Assembly: GCA_965235115.1 (NCBI GenBank)
Contig: OZ249440.1
Coordinates: forward strand, 16,926,001 to 16,990,000
Source: Laetmonice hystrix
Lineage: Eukaryota
Direction: 5' to 3'
DNA length: 64,000 nucleotides
Made by a program: the position numbers and the translations under genes. Of the stretch, positions 51,589 to 64,000 are shown one piece after another (within the stretch, counting starts at the first letter, position 1; each line of letters begins with the position of its first letter). The notes beneath the pieces were generated by a model. The model saw nothing but the letters and a program-made list of their open reading frames with translations, was not told the origin of the DNA and searched no databases.

Positions 51589-51650
51589 CGTCACGTGACG
51601 GATACATAAAACCTCACGTGACGGATACCAATTGATATCCATGACGTCAC
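51589..51650. promoter_or_regulatory. Two TCACGTGA E-boxes in a 15-bp direct repeat plus a full CRE
   Basis: tcacgtgacggatac at 51591-51605 and 51614-51628; TGACGTCA at 51642-51649. Confidence 0.45.
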
Positions 51651-51771
51651 GAAGCAGCGTCCCTCACACGACATGGACAGATATTCAGATGTTGATTACA
51701 TCAGTGTCAGGTACCGGTACTATCATGGGAACGTGAGTGGATTTACGGTCGTCAGCGAGGGTCGTGGCTAG

Positions 51772-51868
51772 CGAGAGATAGACAGACAGAGACAGGTAGA
51801 CAGGGACAGGTAGACAGAGACAGACAGATAGAGAGGCAGAAAGGGAGAGATATCCAGAGATAGAGAGA
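51772..51868. repeat. Degenerate (GACA/GATA/GA)n microsatellite
   Basis: gagagatagacagacagagacaggtagacagggacaggtagacagagacagacagatagagagg... Confidence 0.9.
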
Positions 51869-51885
51869 AACGATTATATTTGAAT

Positions 51886-52620
51886 ACAGGTGTGATAGCG
51901 TATCTGCGGCACGACTTGTCAGTGACACAACTGACATACTCGGCACACTCCCCACGTGTCCCCACGCACGCCCGAAGCCTCCATGACGTACACGCCCGTC
52001 ACCCGAGTAGGCAAACCTTTTTTTTAGGTGTCCCTAACAACAGAATCCTCTTTAATCCTGTGCAGAGATCGCTCGCACAGATGGTCTCAGGTATAAACTT
52101 CAAACTCCTTATCTACAACGCCCTCTCTGTGTTCAAAATAAAAACAGTTTTGAAGCTGAGCCTCATACCAACGGTAAGATTTTTGACCTTGTCTGAAAAC
52201 CATTGCTGGCACTTGGCTGGCGAGCTCGGTCCACACTGAGACCAATAGAGTTCCGGCGATAGGTGATGAAGCTCTGGTTGCTAGGATGCGGGCAGTAAGC
52301 CGACCCTGACCACAGGCAGATCTGGTGTGGATCAATCCCCGTGAAGTGCCCGTGTTGAGAGGGGCCGGGGGAGCTCAAGTAGTGTGGGAACTCGGTGATA
52401 GGACTGGGATGCTGCTCTTGGCTCCATGGCCAGCTGCCATGACAGGACACATACCCCATCCACCACCTCCTCAACCCCATGGCAGATTGTAACGAGTCGG
52501 ACCTCATCCTACACCTGCAACTGACTGAGGCCTTTCTCACATCTTCTCCCGGCATAACCTTAAATCATACCTTACTTATATCTCCCGTATCGGGAATCCA
52601 TACTGGAGGAAGGAGAGTAA
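51886..52620 (+). mobile_element. Scattered LINE-like motif relics (APE and RT C-terminus)
   Basis: TGVIAYLRHDLSVTQL (compare GGVAIYVRxDL), INFKLLIYNAL (compare IxFKILLLTYKAL) and DLILHLQLTEAFL (compare DIIxLTETWL). They are not in the order of one intact element. Confidence 0.3.
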
Positions 52621-54298
52621 CAGCGACAGATTGCTACTCGGGTCGACACAGAGGATTCCTGTCGGAGGAACACTCATCTGTCAACTCGGCCCACAAACCC
52701 ATGGACGAAACTACCAGTATCAACAACAAATATCTAAGTGGGGTTTCAGACTGGGTAAACAGGAATCATAGGAAACAGATCAGTTGTAAGAGACGAGTGT
52801 TGAACGAGACCATAAACCTAAAAGGCCTAAATCCCCACGAACCCAGGATGCCCATGGGTCCTCGGTACTAAGTATATCCACCAATTCAACCAAGCCAAAA
52901 TTACGACGAGCATTTTCATCGAGTCATCAGATTTTCTGATAGTGGCCATAAATGCGAGAAAAACAGATGCTTACTCATCCCCATTCGGTCCGAATTTCTG
53001 AAATTCAGTGCAGTTCTAATTTCTTTGCATTCCCAACTTCAGATACCCTTCTTTACATCTCTGTCGCCACTTCTATGACAACGTATTCTTACACATCTTC
53101 ATCTGAGACACTGGTTGAATTTTGGAGAAGGCCCAAATCTCCGGTTTCGTACACCCATGATTTCATCATGTATTACCTGCCCTGGATGGCGGTGACTAGA
53201 TGGCAGCACGGTCGCCCTCCCATCAAGACATGAAGTCGGCACATAACCCAGATATCACCTGAGATGTTGTGATGGCATTGAACAGCCTCGCTACCCTTAC
53301 ACATATACAGTGACAGACGTCAAAACGTTGGCTCCAGATCAAACCGACCTTTAACGACTCTGATGTTTCACATTTCTCGGGTTACTGCTCCGTGACGACG
53401 CCCCACGATCCTTGATCCTCGCACCCAAACTGTCTTCAGTTGGGGCAAGGGCATCTAATAATGACGACTTGTGTGGGGCTTCCTCGCCAAACTCTGTTAT
53501 GTTTAATAACTAATATGTTGGCACAGGGCCAACCTTACTGTAAAAGGTCAATCAGCGATACCTCACTATGTTGAGTGAAAGCTATTTATATTTGACATTC
53601 GTGCCATTAGTCTCAGTGTTATATCGAATCCCTGAGGAAGTCGCTTCGACACGAGCACACGGTCTTATTTGAGATACCGACAGGCAATGTTGTGTGAGAC
53701 GAATATCACCGATACTGACTGACGTTCAGGGATTCCGAGTCCAACATGAAAAAGCCATCTTTCTGACCGGCCATCGCTTGTAGTCGGTTTCAACACACAG
53801 AAAAAAGCGTCGGCTTTCAGGTTTTGTTGATGAATACAAACCTTACTGGTCGGCTCTTTATACGACCAGCCAGGCTGACAGTCTGCCTGAGACGTGTCTC
53901 TCTCTGATCCCCGCTCACATCAACTCGGCCCGTCCTTGTCTAAGTGCTGATGGCACACATGAATGGGGGTATCCTGTACGGTTCTGTAGCAGCCATCAGT
54001 TCTCCCGGAAACGCTTTCAGCCACGTCGCCCAGTTTATTTGCTGCGGGATTGAGGCGGTGAAATAGTGGAGCGATCTAAAGACTTTACCTTGCCACGACC
54101 TGTCCATTTGATCGCCACCTATCGAAGCTCCCAACTGGCCAAAGCAGGTCTCTAGCACGCCTGAACGCGACGGCAGAGCACCCCCACCCCACCCCCACCT
54201 CGCCAGCTTTGGGTGCATGCCATGGCGTATGTGTAACATCTTAATGTATTAGAACTTATGACGACCTCTGCATTTTGCACTCCGACAGACTCTACAAC

Positions 54299-54588
54299 AA
54301 AACATATGGCCGTCAGCAGTATGTTCGCCTGGGAGAACCTGGCGAGTTAAGAGCCATACACAATCAGCCGATTTTGTTAGTCCCGTGAACTTTTTCGCAA
54401 TTCTTATGAGATTTTACCATAGACCTAGGTCCGTGGAGTTACTTAGTTCTTCGGTTTTTCATACCAGCTATTTTTGGCTTGCGAACTCCATTCACACTGT
54501 TTCGTAAGAAGCGCGATTTTTCCCCTTGCGATTTCGCAGTGCCTTACGAACTTCCTGCAGAACTCGTGAGAGTGTGAACTGCCCTTAA
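54299..54588. mobile_element. Dispersed non-autonomous repeat (MITE-like), copy 2, right end gtgtgaactgcccTTAA
   Basis: Similar to 50426-50622; internal sub-repeats gtgaact/gcgaact/acgaact and ttcgtaagaa versus ttcttatgag; TTAA at 54347-54350 and 54585-54588 with only weak terminal inverted similarity. Confidence 0.5.
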
Positions 54589-57500
54589 TGTGGCTTGGTG
54601 CACAGAGAGTTGGGAGTGGGGGGACGACGGCGTCGGCCGCCTGCTCACTGAGGGGTAGACGGCTTCAGAGGCGAGCCCCCTTGGTCAAAAGGCAGTGCCA
54701 CTGTCGAGGGCAATGAGCCATGCAGCTCTGGGGTCGACCAGCCCCCAGTCCCTATCAGCACCGACTTAACGTTGTACTAGCCTTCACTGCCAACCGCTCC
54801 CCAAAGTCTTCGGGTGCCGAGTCGATAGTCCTGTTATCACTTCATTACAGCTTTCTTTTAATCTCTCCTCTGCTGCAACTAAGCAGGATCATGCACCTTT
54901 ACACAACAATGAGAGCAGTTCATGTTCGATTTTATCCCAATTATCTATCCGTGTGTGTTCCACTGTGTTCTTAGCCCAGGGTAACGTCCCAATCCAGCTG
55001 CGGCAATTCATGGCGTAATTTCAGGCGTACCATTGCTTCAAAAGATCTTATTTTGAACACGTATTTCTCTTGCATCAGCACTTGTATACATCTAAAATCA
55101 ATGGCCTATCATGGCTTCAGAAGTGTTGGGGTGGCTACGAGGTTCTTATAGAACAGTTCCTTACAGTATTGCCTTTATCAAATTGGATGCTTTAAACAGA
55201 ACTCTGTTTTCAGTTTTTCTTTATAGATACTATTCCTTCCCTGTGTGACGGATAGTACTTTACTCTTGTTTAATAACTTAAGTGAACTGTAGGGGTTGTA
55301 AAGTCAATCCTCTATATGCCTAAGTGAAGGCTAGGCCAACCTCTTAAACAAATTGCCTTTACTTGTTTCCTTTCTTTCTGTTTTTGAAAACGAAGTATGT
55401 GCCTGTACTGTTGCGGCTTTATGTATAGCTGAGGTGTTCATTGCCTGAAGCCAGGGTGAAAGATTAACGTCTTTCTGAAGGTGTCTCATCCCGGCCTCCA
55501 TACACTATCCACATTTAGGACTTGACACGCCACCTTAGTTACACACACAATATATATATCCCGTGTACATTCGCTTTTCTCTTGATTTCCTAGATATCCA
55601 TATTTTTTCCTTTCGCGTTCCACTGTGGATTTCTTATTTAGCCACGTCTGCTGTTTTCTGTAGTGTTAACAGTTACTCGACATCAGTGAACTGGCGGCAT
55701 GGCTGCAGCAAGTCGCTCGTGTGGAAATGGCGGATTAAATGTCATTGTATTTGCCTTGGTGCATAAGGTTGATGATGGATGATGAAGCTGCAGCTCAGGC
55801 TAGAGCCGACTCGGTGGCTCCCTGGCGAGCACTAGGCAAACACCATCAGCATCATCTCCAGGCTTTCCTTGCCATCACGACACACCCGGCGCCCATCTTA
55901 CTATTTACATTTCTCTTCCCTCAAATGACATCCACAATGGGTCAAAGTGGCTGCATTACCAAATTATTAGATGAATGTACAACCTATACCTTTATCAAAT
56001 AAGTTGCCTGCTGAGAATTTGATTTCGTGCTGAATCCGAGCTTCCAAGTGTTTAGCCTGCAGGGGGTATAGGACAGAATTGGGGTCGAGTATGTCGGGAG
56101 GATATGCAATCAATGACGGTTCTATAACACATGGGAATTGTCGTCAACAGTAAACTAACTCTAAGGAGTTTCTCTGTGAGCCTGCGGCTGGCAATGCTTG
56201 GACATTTGAAGGACTTCCAAGGATATACATATCACCCCTGCAATATGCTTGATGAAATATCGCACAAAGAGCTGCTAATGGGCGTCATGATTATTTCCAA
56301 TGCTTGATTACACAGTAGCACTTACAGCCCAAGAGGAATAAAGCCGAGAATATGGAGGACAATTTTATTGTGATCTTTATTATCGCCCGAACCAACCATA
56401 CATTAGCCCAGAGTACCCCCTCACTGTTTTCTTAATAAATACGTTTTCTCCTCTTGCCTCTTATTTCATATTTCTTGAGAGTAATCGTTAATAATTCATG
56501 ACATTCCATCCCCCGATACAAAGACGATTAAAAAGAAATCTGTCCATACAGTCTTGATTAATCATCATTGCGCACGTTTGTTTTTGCCTGCGTGCATCTT
56601 TCTACTAATCCAATATATTCCTTGCAATAAGGCACTGGTGTTTGTTTCAAGAAATCATTTTTCACCGTGCATCGATATCATCTATACCATTAATGCTTTA
56701 TGTTCCTGTGCGTCCGCTTGACTGGCTACCACCTTCGTAATACATTACCACTGAAATAGATATGGGATTTGTTTTTAATCCACGTAAGCAAATTCTTTGC
56801 GGCATGCGCTAAGAGTGATCAACGGCTTTAATGGCGATAAAATAAACCCCATGGAAATCATTAGTAATAGGAGCGAATCGCTCGGCCTCGCCTGCCGTGC
56901 AGGTGGGAGGCCGAGGGCGGTGGTATTCAAACGGGTTTAATGAATAGTCTAGAATTAGGAAAATTATTATTTGTCAACATCTGCGGGTGACGGCTAACTG
57001 CTGATCTAGCCCGATATTATCACACAGCCACGGTATGATGAGCGACATGCTTCAATGTGTCAGCTAAAACGGATGTCAGCGGCACAGCCAAGTGGAGCAG
57101 ACAATCTCCCAAGCGGGTGTAATTAGAAGTCGTGTTCAGCTACAATACCATGGTATGTCGACTCCCTCCCATCATCCAATCCACCCTTGGTGGAGCCAGA
57201 AGATTGCCATCAGCCACTGATGGATTATCAACTGAGGACACTGGTAAATGGTGCTGTTGGTGATTAGTATGCTACTATCTGTCATTACATGACTGTCCGT
57301 CAGCCGCTCCAATCACGGTTACATAGCACGCATTCCCCCGGCCCATTGCCAGGCCAGGTCTGGTGTCAGATCTAAAACACACGTCACAACTCGCCGCTCG
57401 GCCAACTCTTAGTGTACTCCAATTATTGACAATTTTCTTATATAAAGTTCATGAAATGCACACTCAATTGCTGGCTTCATCGTTTTACACCGTTTTACAT

Positions 57501-60493
57501 AAGTAGTTGGTGACAGTTATCGTTTCATCGTATATCACCCACGGTGGTGTTGGTTTAGTGGTAGTAGTATAGGAAAGGTTGGGTACACGACAACCACTGG
57601 TTAACAGCTGTCATCAAGGTGAATCGTTGCTAGAGTTTACTTTTCACAGACTAACCCACTTTTCCCGTTTCATCTGCACCGGCACGCCGCACCATTTGGC
57701 CTGCCCCAATGGTCCATTCCATTATACTACTCGCGTTGGCACGGCACAGCGGCAGTTTGAGTAGACCTTGACAGAGAACCCCACAGAACCGATTACGCCG
57801 CCCTAGATGCATTGCCAGAGGTTTTCCTTGTTATTACATTTAGCTATAGGATAAAAAGTTCATCCCCGAACCTTTATCAATACATTACCTTATCAAAGAA
57901 AGCCACGGGATACATTTTCAAAATCAAAATAATACTCACACGCAACAACAAAAAATATCTACATGATCTACATTGCTTTTTAACAAAAAGTCAACCAAAG
58001 CAGGCAGTGGCAGGCTTGTAGAGGGTTTTTTAACAAATGGGAGGGGCTGGTTATGCCGTTACCAACTTTAGCCAGCAGGTGGAGTTGTGTGCAAGCAGGC
58101 TCAGCCTGTGACATCACTCAGCTCTGTGATCAATAGCGTATGTGATCATCATCGTTATTAATCCTGGATCCTACCGGAAGATTATTATAATCTCTCCCTG
58201 CTTTTCCGTTGGAAATCTCCCCAAGATATTGACGGAATGAGGCCCATCACGTATCAATTTAAAAGCACTCTTGTAAGCTACCGGAGAGGCCAAAGCTGAT
58301 GGCCTGCCATGCATAGTGAGGGCTTTGTCATTTAATGGATACAAGGAGAAGGGAAAGGTTTGCAAACATTTAAAATATCACATACAGACGTGCACAAGAA
58401 TGCCCCGCCGCTTTCTCATCGCGGACATTGAAACCCCATTCTCTGGGACACGGGAGGTTGGGGGGGGGGGGCAAAATTAATTGTTATATTCTTGTCACAC
58501 GCTGTTACCGGCTCCATACACCATGCCTTCACGGCAGCGGCGGTTGATGATGGACCATGCCCTTTCCGCCGACCAACTTCCAGAGTGCTATACTCCACCA
58601 GTTCGGTTGTTAGACACCCCCTCTCCCCGACCCCTCCTCTGCTGCGCCGCAATGGCCCAGAGGCATGGCCCGTTTCACAGCACCACCTACACACGGCTTT
58701 CTACTCAGAAAATGTTCAGGTAGAAACCGACAAACCGGGACGCGGCGGTTGCGTCAGTTGATGCGAGAAATGGACATTGTATGAAAGGCCAAGGATCCGA
58801 TCAAGTATGGGGTCAATACACAGGGTGGTGGTCGCTACAGGAGCCGGTTCGGGACCCCCGAGGGTTCGGTCAAAACGGCCAAAACATGTCCGAGGTAACG
58901 CACCTCTTGTTCCTTGGGCTGGCAACCACGACGGATTATATCAAGTGGTGTTCTGGTACCTAACCATGGGGAAAGGTGAGTGAAAAATGGTCCTGTTCCA
59001 ATCCATCAAAAGTCAAAAGTCCCCTGTGATGAAAATAACAGTGGATGCGTTGACGCTACGCATTTGTCTGCCTGATGTCAGTGGTAAGTGTTAAGTAAGT
59101 TGGAGATCAGCCTGCGTACGTTTGGAGCGGGTGGGGGTGGAGGGCGACAAATAGGGCAATACTGTAAGGCTTTCTGCGAGTGCTGTGGGATACCAGCCAC
59201 TGACGTAAGGATGGTGGTGGGTGGGGGGAGGCGTGTTCCCAATACACACGGCAATCAGCTTGATTGTGTAAGACCTTGCATAATAACACCTCAGTCATAG
59301 CGACACATGGTGGCGGTCGATTCGGCTCAACTCTCCAACCCTCCCAACCGCATCGCCTGCAAGGCCGTGGGAGATTCCGTGCACCCCCCCCCCCCCCAGC
59401 GCACATCACTTGAACATAAGATTACATACTGACCAGTCTCCGGACCTTAATCCACCATACCATACCTTCCACAACAGCCCCACTCCACCCCCCCCCCCTC
59501 CGGGTCGGGCCTCCTGCCACTATTCAATATCATTCTCAAGGGCTCAAGAGCAGGACCCAATCACGCAATCCCCACACTTATGTAATCAACGAACCTGGGC
59601 TGGTTGGACAGATCAATCCCCCCCCCCAGCCACACCCGGTCTATAGGGGCGGGTCTTTGTGGCTCAATGATGACACTGATAACATTGTCAAAGTTCCCAC
59701 TCCCGCCTGTGCCAACGCTGTACACCGCACACAATCAATACACCACAAACTGTGAGGCAATATTCAACCTAACCTGAGTATATCATGAGCAATCCCATGC
59801 CGCTTCAGCTCCTCAAATTCTTTAGTCATTCATATTATCATGAATATATCGTAATCAGCTTGTCTTCAATATGAGTGTAATTCCAACATTAGTGGAAGAA
59901 TAGCACTGCGTCTACCGCTGTAACAAAACAAAGGAAGCCTAATTACAACTACCGAGCAGCCTTACTAGCTCTATGAGAGGCTAATGAGACGACCACTGCA
60001 TACCCATCAGTTTATTGAGTGCACTCGGAGATTTGGCAACCAAAGATACAAAACACACCATGAATCAAGGGGAGCTTCGAGACATAAAGCTGGAACGACA
60101 AACTAGCAGAATCTACGTTTATCAACTGAAGAAATCCAACACCCTGGTTTCTGCCCGTGCTGCAGTCACTGGAATCATGAAGCCAAACACTTTGAAAGAA
60201 CACACCGAATGAGCTTCATTTCGGTAGAAAGTACCAAAAACAACTTCTTTTGCTGTTTTGGTGACGTGGTCTTTCGTTGAAATTGATTGATAAACAAAGG
60301 GCGCAGAATTATCGTTATTTTCCGTCAGAAATCAGCTTTTCTGAACAAGCCGCATTAGACTTGGCAGACTTGGTCGAGTATAGTTTTTTTCCGCGGCATG
60401 TTGTTCTGACCGTGGCCATGCAGGGATGGAAGGAAGCGCGTGTTTTCTATTTAATATGCTGGTGTACATAATAAAGTGACGTTGCACACAGTT

Positions 60494-60529
60494 ACAGGGA
60501 ATCATGGGACAACAGGGAATCATGGGACA
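60494..60529. repeat. Perfect 18-bp tandem duplication (acagggaatcatgggaca)x2
   Basis: Directly visible. Confidence 0.92.
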
Positions 60530-61653
60530 ACAAGATGGCCTGCTTATATCAGAATATGGCGCCCAGCTAGAATGAAACGGTGTGTACAGAACCAATCATC
60601 TTTTAATGCATACGCTGGGAAAAGACTGTCAGCCCGATGTCAACGGTATGAATTTATATTTAGGGTCGCTTTACACTGTCAGATAGGAGAAAGGCCAACC
60701 CGTACTCCACGAATATATCAAGTGGGATGGGGATGAATAACACCTCAAAGAAGGCAACCAGAGAAACGCTGGCAACACTGGGGACAGAGAAAGTCTCAAT
60801 GGAAGCGCAGATTACCAGACAATAAAGCCTGCTCTAGTGGTGGTGCCCAGTCCTTTCCCCTCTCACTGGGAACTCCTGGCGCCTACCTCCTTTGGTAGGG
60901 CGCCACCTAAAGCCTAGAATCAGCAGCAGCTGGTGACAGCCGTCATAATCTGTTGGATAATCATCATCTGAGAGGAGTATCACCTCACCCCACCATAAGA
61001 AGACGAGTCTAATCCAGTGGCAGGGATTAACCCATGAGGAGCCCGTCTAACTCCCTCGCCCCACCCATGTTACGGTGCAGTCTCCGGCCGTCCATACTGC
61101 TGACGCCAGCCGTTCTCAGGACCGGCACACCCAGCTGCATCCAGTCCACTTAAAAAAACTACATTGCCTGCCGTCACCCCACACGGAGTGCCCCGCCGCG
61201 CCGGGCGAGGTTACAACTTACCCTCTAATCATCCCTGGCCATTCATCCCTGGCCTTCATCGTAATCTTCAACCAGTGAGAATAATGAGAAATAAATATTA
61301 ATCTTCAACTGAACAACATTAATGAAATCTTTCTGAGAAATCACTACTGTTTCTCATCATGTTTTATCACACACACACACACACACCCCTTTTATCTCCA
61401 GCTTTAGTTTTGGTGACACTATAATTAATCCCGACAGCCCTGTACACAACAGAGAATGGAGTCCCCGTCCCGACGTATATTTGGAAATTCCATCCACCTG
61501 GCCGGTCCCTGGTCAACAGTGGCGCTGCTGTTGCACGGGTTGGGAGATTTTGTTGGTATAGTCGGGGCATCTGGCTGCTATAGCCAGGGGACATATTGTG
61601 GCCAGTGCACTGGGAATCTCTGCTTTCTGACTGATGAAATCAATATGATGGGA

Positions 61654-61829
61654 ACTTTCTGGGTACCGATACGAATGGACGCACACAGGGAGAGCCCTGC
61701 AGGCAAAGCACTCAAAGACATACGACATACTGTAAACTCTTAAGGGAAATGGGAAAATGCCTTCAAAATAACGTAGCACCATTTCATTGTCGGTAATTTT
61801 ATGTTTAGGTATGCCATATTGCATTATGA
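61654..61829 (-). mobile_element. Decayed LTR-retrotransposon (gypsy-like) integrase core fragment
   Basis: IIMQYGIPKHKITDN...VFECFACRAL...HSYRYPES parallels RYGIPxxIxTDNG...FxxFC...SPYHPQS, with an about 15-aa insertion. Confidence 0.45.
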
Positions 61830-61953
61830 TGTGTGGGTGTGGGGGTGCGTGTGTACACATACGTTATGGTATGGGTGAAACTGGGGTCCCCCCTCCCCAC
61901 TTTTCCAAGTCCCATCCATTATTCATCAAAATTCCCGTGTTAGTAAAACATGT

Positions 61954-62190
61954 TTGCAGCTGAACTGGAATAATTTCTATAAAAAATTTCTAAAATCCAG
62001 AACGCATGCTGATGTTTATCAAAACAATGTATGGAGGTTGGCGTGCGGTGATGGTTCCGATTCTGGTTGTGCCATCAACATTGCATGCTGGTCGCTATCA
62101 GGCCGCCAACAATGCACGCTGTACTTCTACAATGAAAACGTTGTTGCGTGCCAGAATTCATCACGGGAGCACATGTTGTACCTGATGTGG
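61954..62190 (+). mobile_element. Possible L1/Tx1-like 3' region relic
   Basis: LNWNNFYKKFLK...QCTLY...REHMLYLMW loosely resembles the xNWxxIYK...C..C...ETxEHLxWxC end of L1/Tx1 ORF2. Confidence 0.25.
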
Positions 62191-64000
62191 GACCTTGGTA
62201 CGGCGGGCATGACCAGGAATTACATCGGCCAATTACACCGTGTAATCTACATCGTCAAAACTTCATTAATCCTCATTAGCATGGGAATTTTTACATATTT
62301 GATCACTATCGCCTCATCGCTTTCTGCTCAAGAATGCACGGTTCTGTTTGTCGCTGGCCGACCACTGTATCATACAAACTGGCCGTACCGCCGCCTCGCA
62401 TGCAACCCTCACATCTCAGCCCCCACTTCCTCCCTCCACAGACACACACCTTCAAAGACCACAGTTCATACCCTGGCTTTACGCATCCCACCTTCTGACA
62501 TCAGACAAGGGTAACCACTCAGGCATATATCACAGTGTGCCTCTTGTTGACTTAAACCGCGCTATTCCCTTTGTTTTCCGAACAGGAGCAACACTTGGGA
62601 GCCCACCAGAATTGTTGCCGGCAGAGTCAATATTGGCCTTTCACGAGGCCCACCTGCTACGCCAAGAAGAATGCTATTTTCACAGCGTGTCCTTGTATTG
62701 AATTGGCTCCGGTCGTGAGCTGTCCAGCTGACGCTTGCCGTACCGCACCCACCCACTTCCACCCCCACCCTTTCCCGTATGTTACAGGACCCTTATGGCA
62801 TGCCCCCACCGAGACCAACTTTCACAGCGCAATCCATTTTTAGTTTAATAGACCGGCTTGACAGAGAAAACGACCCACTTTCAATCAGACCGACAGCGCC
62901 CCGCGCCTGACGGTGCAGTTTCGCACCACCTCAGGCCCCGGTAAAGCTGCACCGACGGAGCGCCCCTTGCTGTTGGTGCAGATTTATGCGCCGAGCGGCG
63001 CGCATTGATGGCAAGAAATTCCAGCTCGCACCATCCCACTTCTGGCCGGCCAGGCAACCATTCATCTCTTTCATGCAGACTTTGGCCACACCTCCACTGC
63101 ACCGGGTAAAAGATCAATGATGCCATGGGCTGGCCGGCCCCCTTCCCGGCCTGGCCGGCACGCAGCGAGCACGGCAATTCGACGTGAAAATAACAGGTAC
63201 CTCATTCAGTACAACACCCAACACGGCTACCCTGGGAGGAGGAACAGCGCAGAGGTACCGGTACAAAATACCCCATGTCTACCAGCACTCAGCGCACCTA
63301 TACAACACCGGCCTACTGCACCGGCAGGAAACCACCGACAGCTCATATAGTTACTGCTTACGGCAGATTATGAGGTGGTACGTTATTGTCTTTGAATAAA
63401 CACGGTCTTGCATCAAATCCCAAGGCCTATTGGTTATATATGTACCTTTAATACTGATGAAGGCAACCTCCTGCTGACAGAAATGCGCTTATACGGAAGA
63501 AGCTGCCGCTATAGATCTATACCAATACGACAAGACGTTTTTAGATGTAAGTAGTACAGAAATGGTCCACATAATCTGGCAGCATAAGTAACAAACGCTG
63601 CAATGGAATACCAATCAAGGCAGCAGTAAATTGAACAGCCGACAGGAAAATGATTTCCGGTGTTAATCATGGCCAATTAGGACAGAGCTGAGGCGAGGTC
63701 CCTGTGTGGGTGGTCTGTGTGGTGGTGCTGGTGGTGGCTGTGGTGCGTGCAGGAGGCGGTGACACCTACAACAAGGAGGCGGCGGCCTCCTCATCCTCAT
63801 GCAACCAACATCTGCCAGGCCCGTTCTCCACTCCTCACGCCACCACCACCACCATCATCATCACTGCCGTATCGCCCTCATTAATTAAATCACACCATTA
63901 TATCTCCGATATTACTTCGAACGACCTTCACATTGAAGGTCATATTACGTTGTCGTTCATTATAACTCTAAACCTGATTCCCATCGTGTTGACGATTCCT

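Noticed and set aside
63446-63473. 28-nt phase 0-1 exon candidate ending IKG, like the vertebrate upstream exon
   Set aside because: Far too short, lacks the SLIDIMR motif, has an in-frame stop just upstream and only moderate splice sites.
1-64000. CRISPR arrays, operons, rRNA, tRNA or tRNA-derived SINEs
   Set aside because: No regularly spaced repeat-spacer arrays, no gene-dense coding, and no paired A/B boxes or cloverleaf seen; the sequence is spliceosomal-intron DNA.

Overview
Eukaryotic (animal, probably invertebrate) genomic DNA. The simplest reading is that the whole window lies inside one long-intron gene on the minus strand: a CPEB2/3/4 (Orb2-type) cytoplasmic polyadenylation element-binding protein. 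Three small coding exons can be supported: (i) a 180-nt exon at 1017-838 encoding the entry into RRM1 (...ERYSRKVFVGGLPPDIDE); (ii) a 24-nt microexon at 9207-9184 encoding ARTYGRRR, the same peptide as the neuronal microexon of vertebrate CPEB4; (iii) a probable 48-nt exon at 31586-31539 whose first bases (GTAAGC) are themselves a 5' splice site, i.e. recursive-splice-exon architecture. All three are phase 1-1 and join in frame: G-KQSLGTFPLVRIEAD-ARTYGRRR-GKSPFGYADDGHYQEEGCDQTVPNMSSPSRGSPSSQSGIERIERYSRKVFVGGLPPDIDE. The rest looks intronic: heavily decayed LINE and LTR relics recognisable only as isolated motifs, two copies of a small non-autonomous repeat, short tandem repeats, microsatellites, long C homopolymers and several transcription-factor or splicing-factor motif clusters. 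Nearly all ORFs in the supplied track appear spurious. No rRNA, tRNA, CRISPR array or prokaryotic system was seen. All family assignments are by eye from remembered motifs; no search was run.
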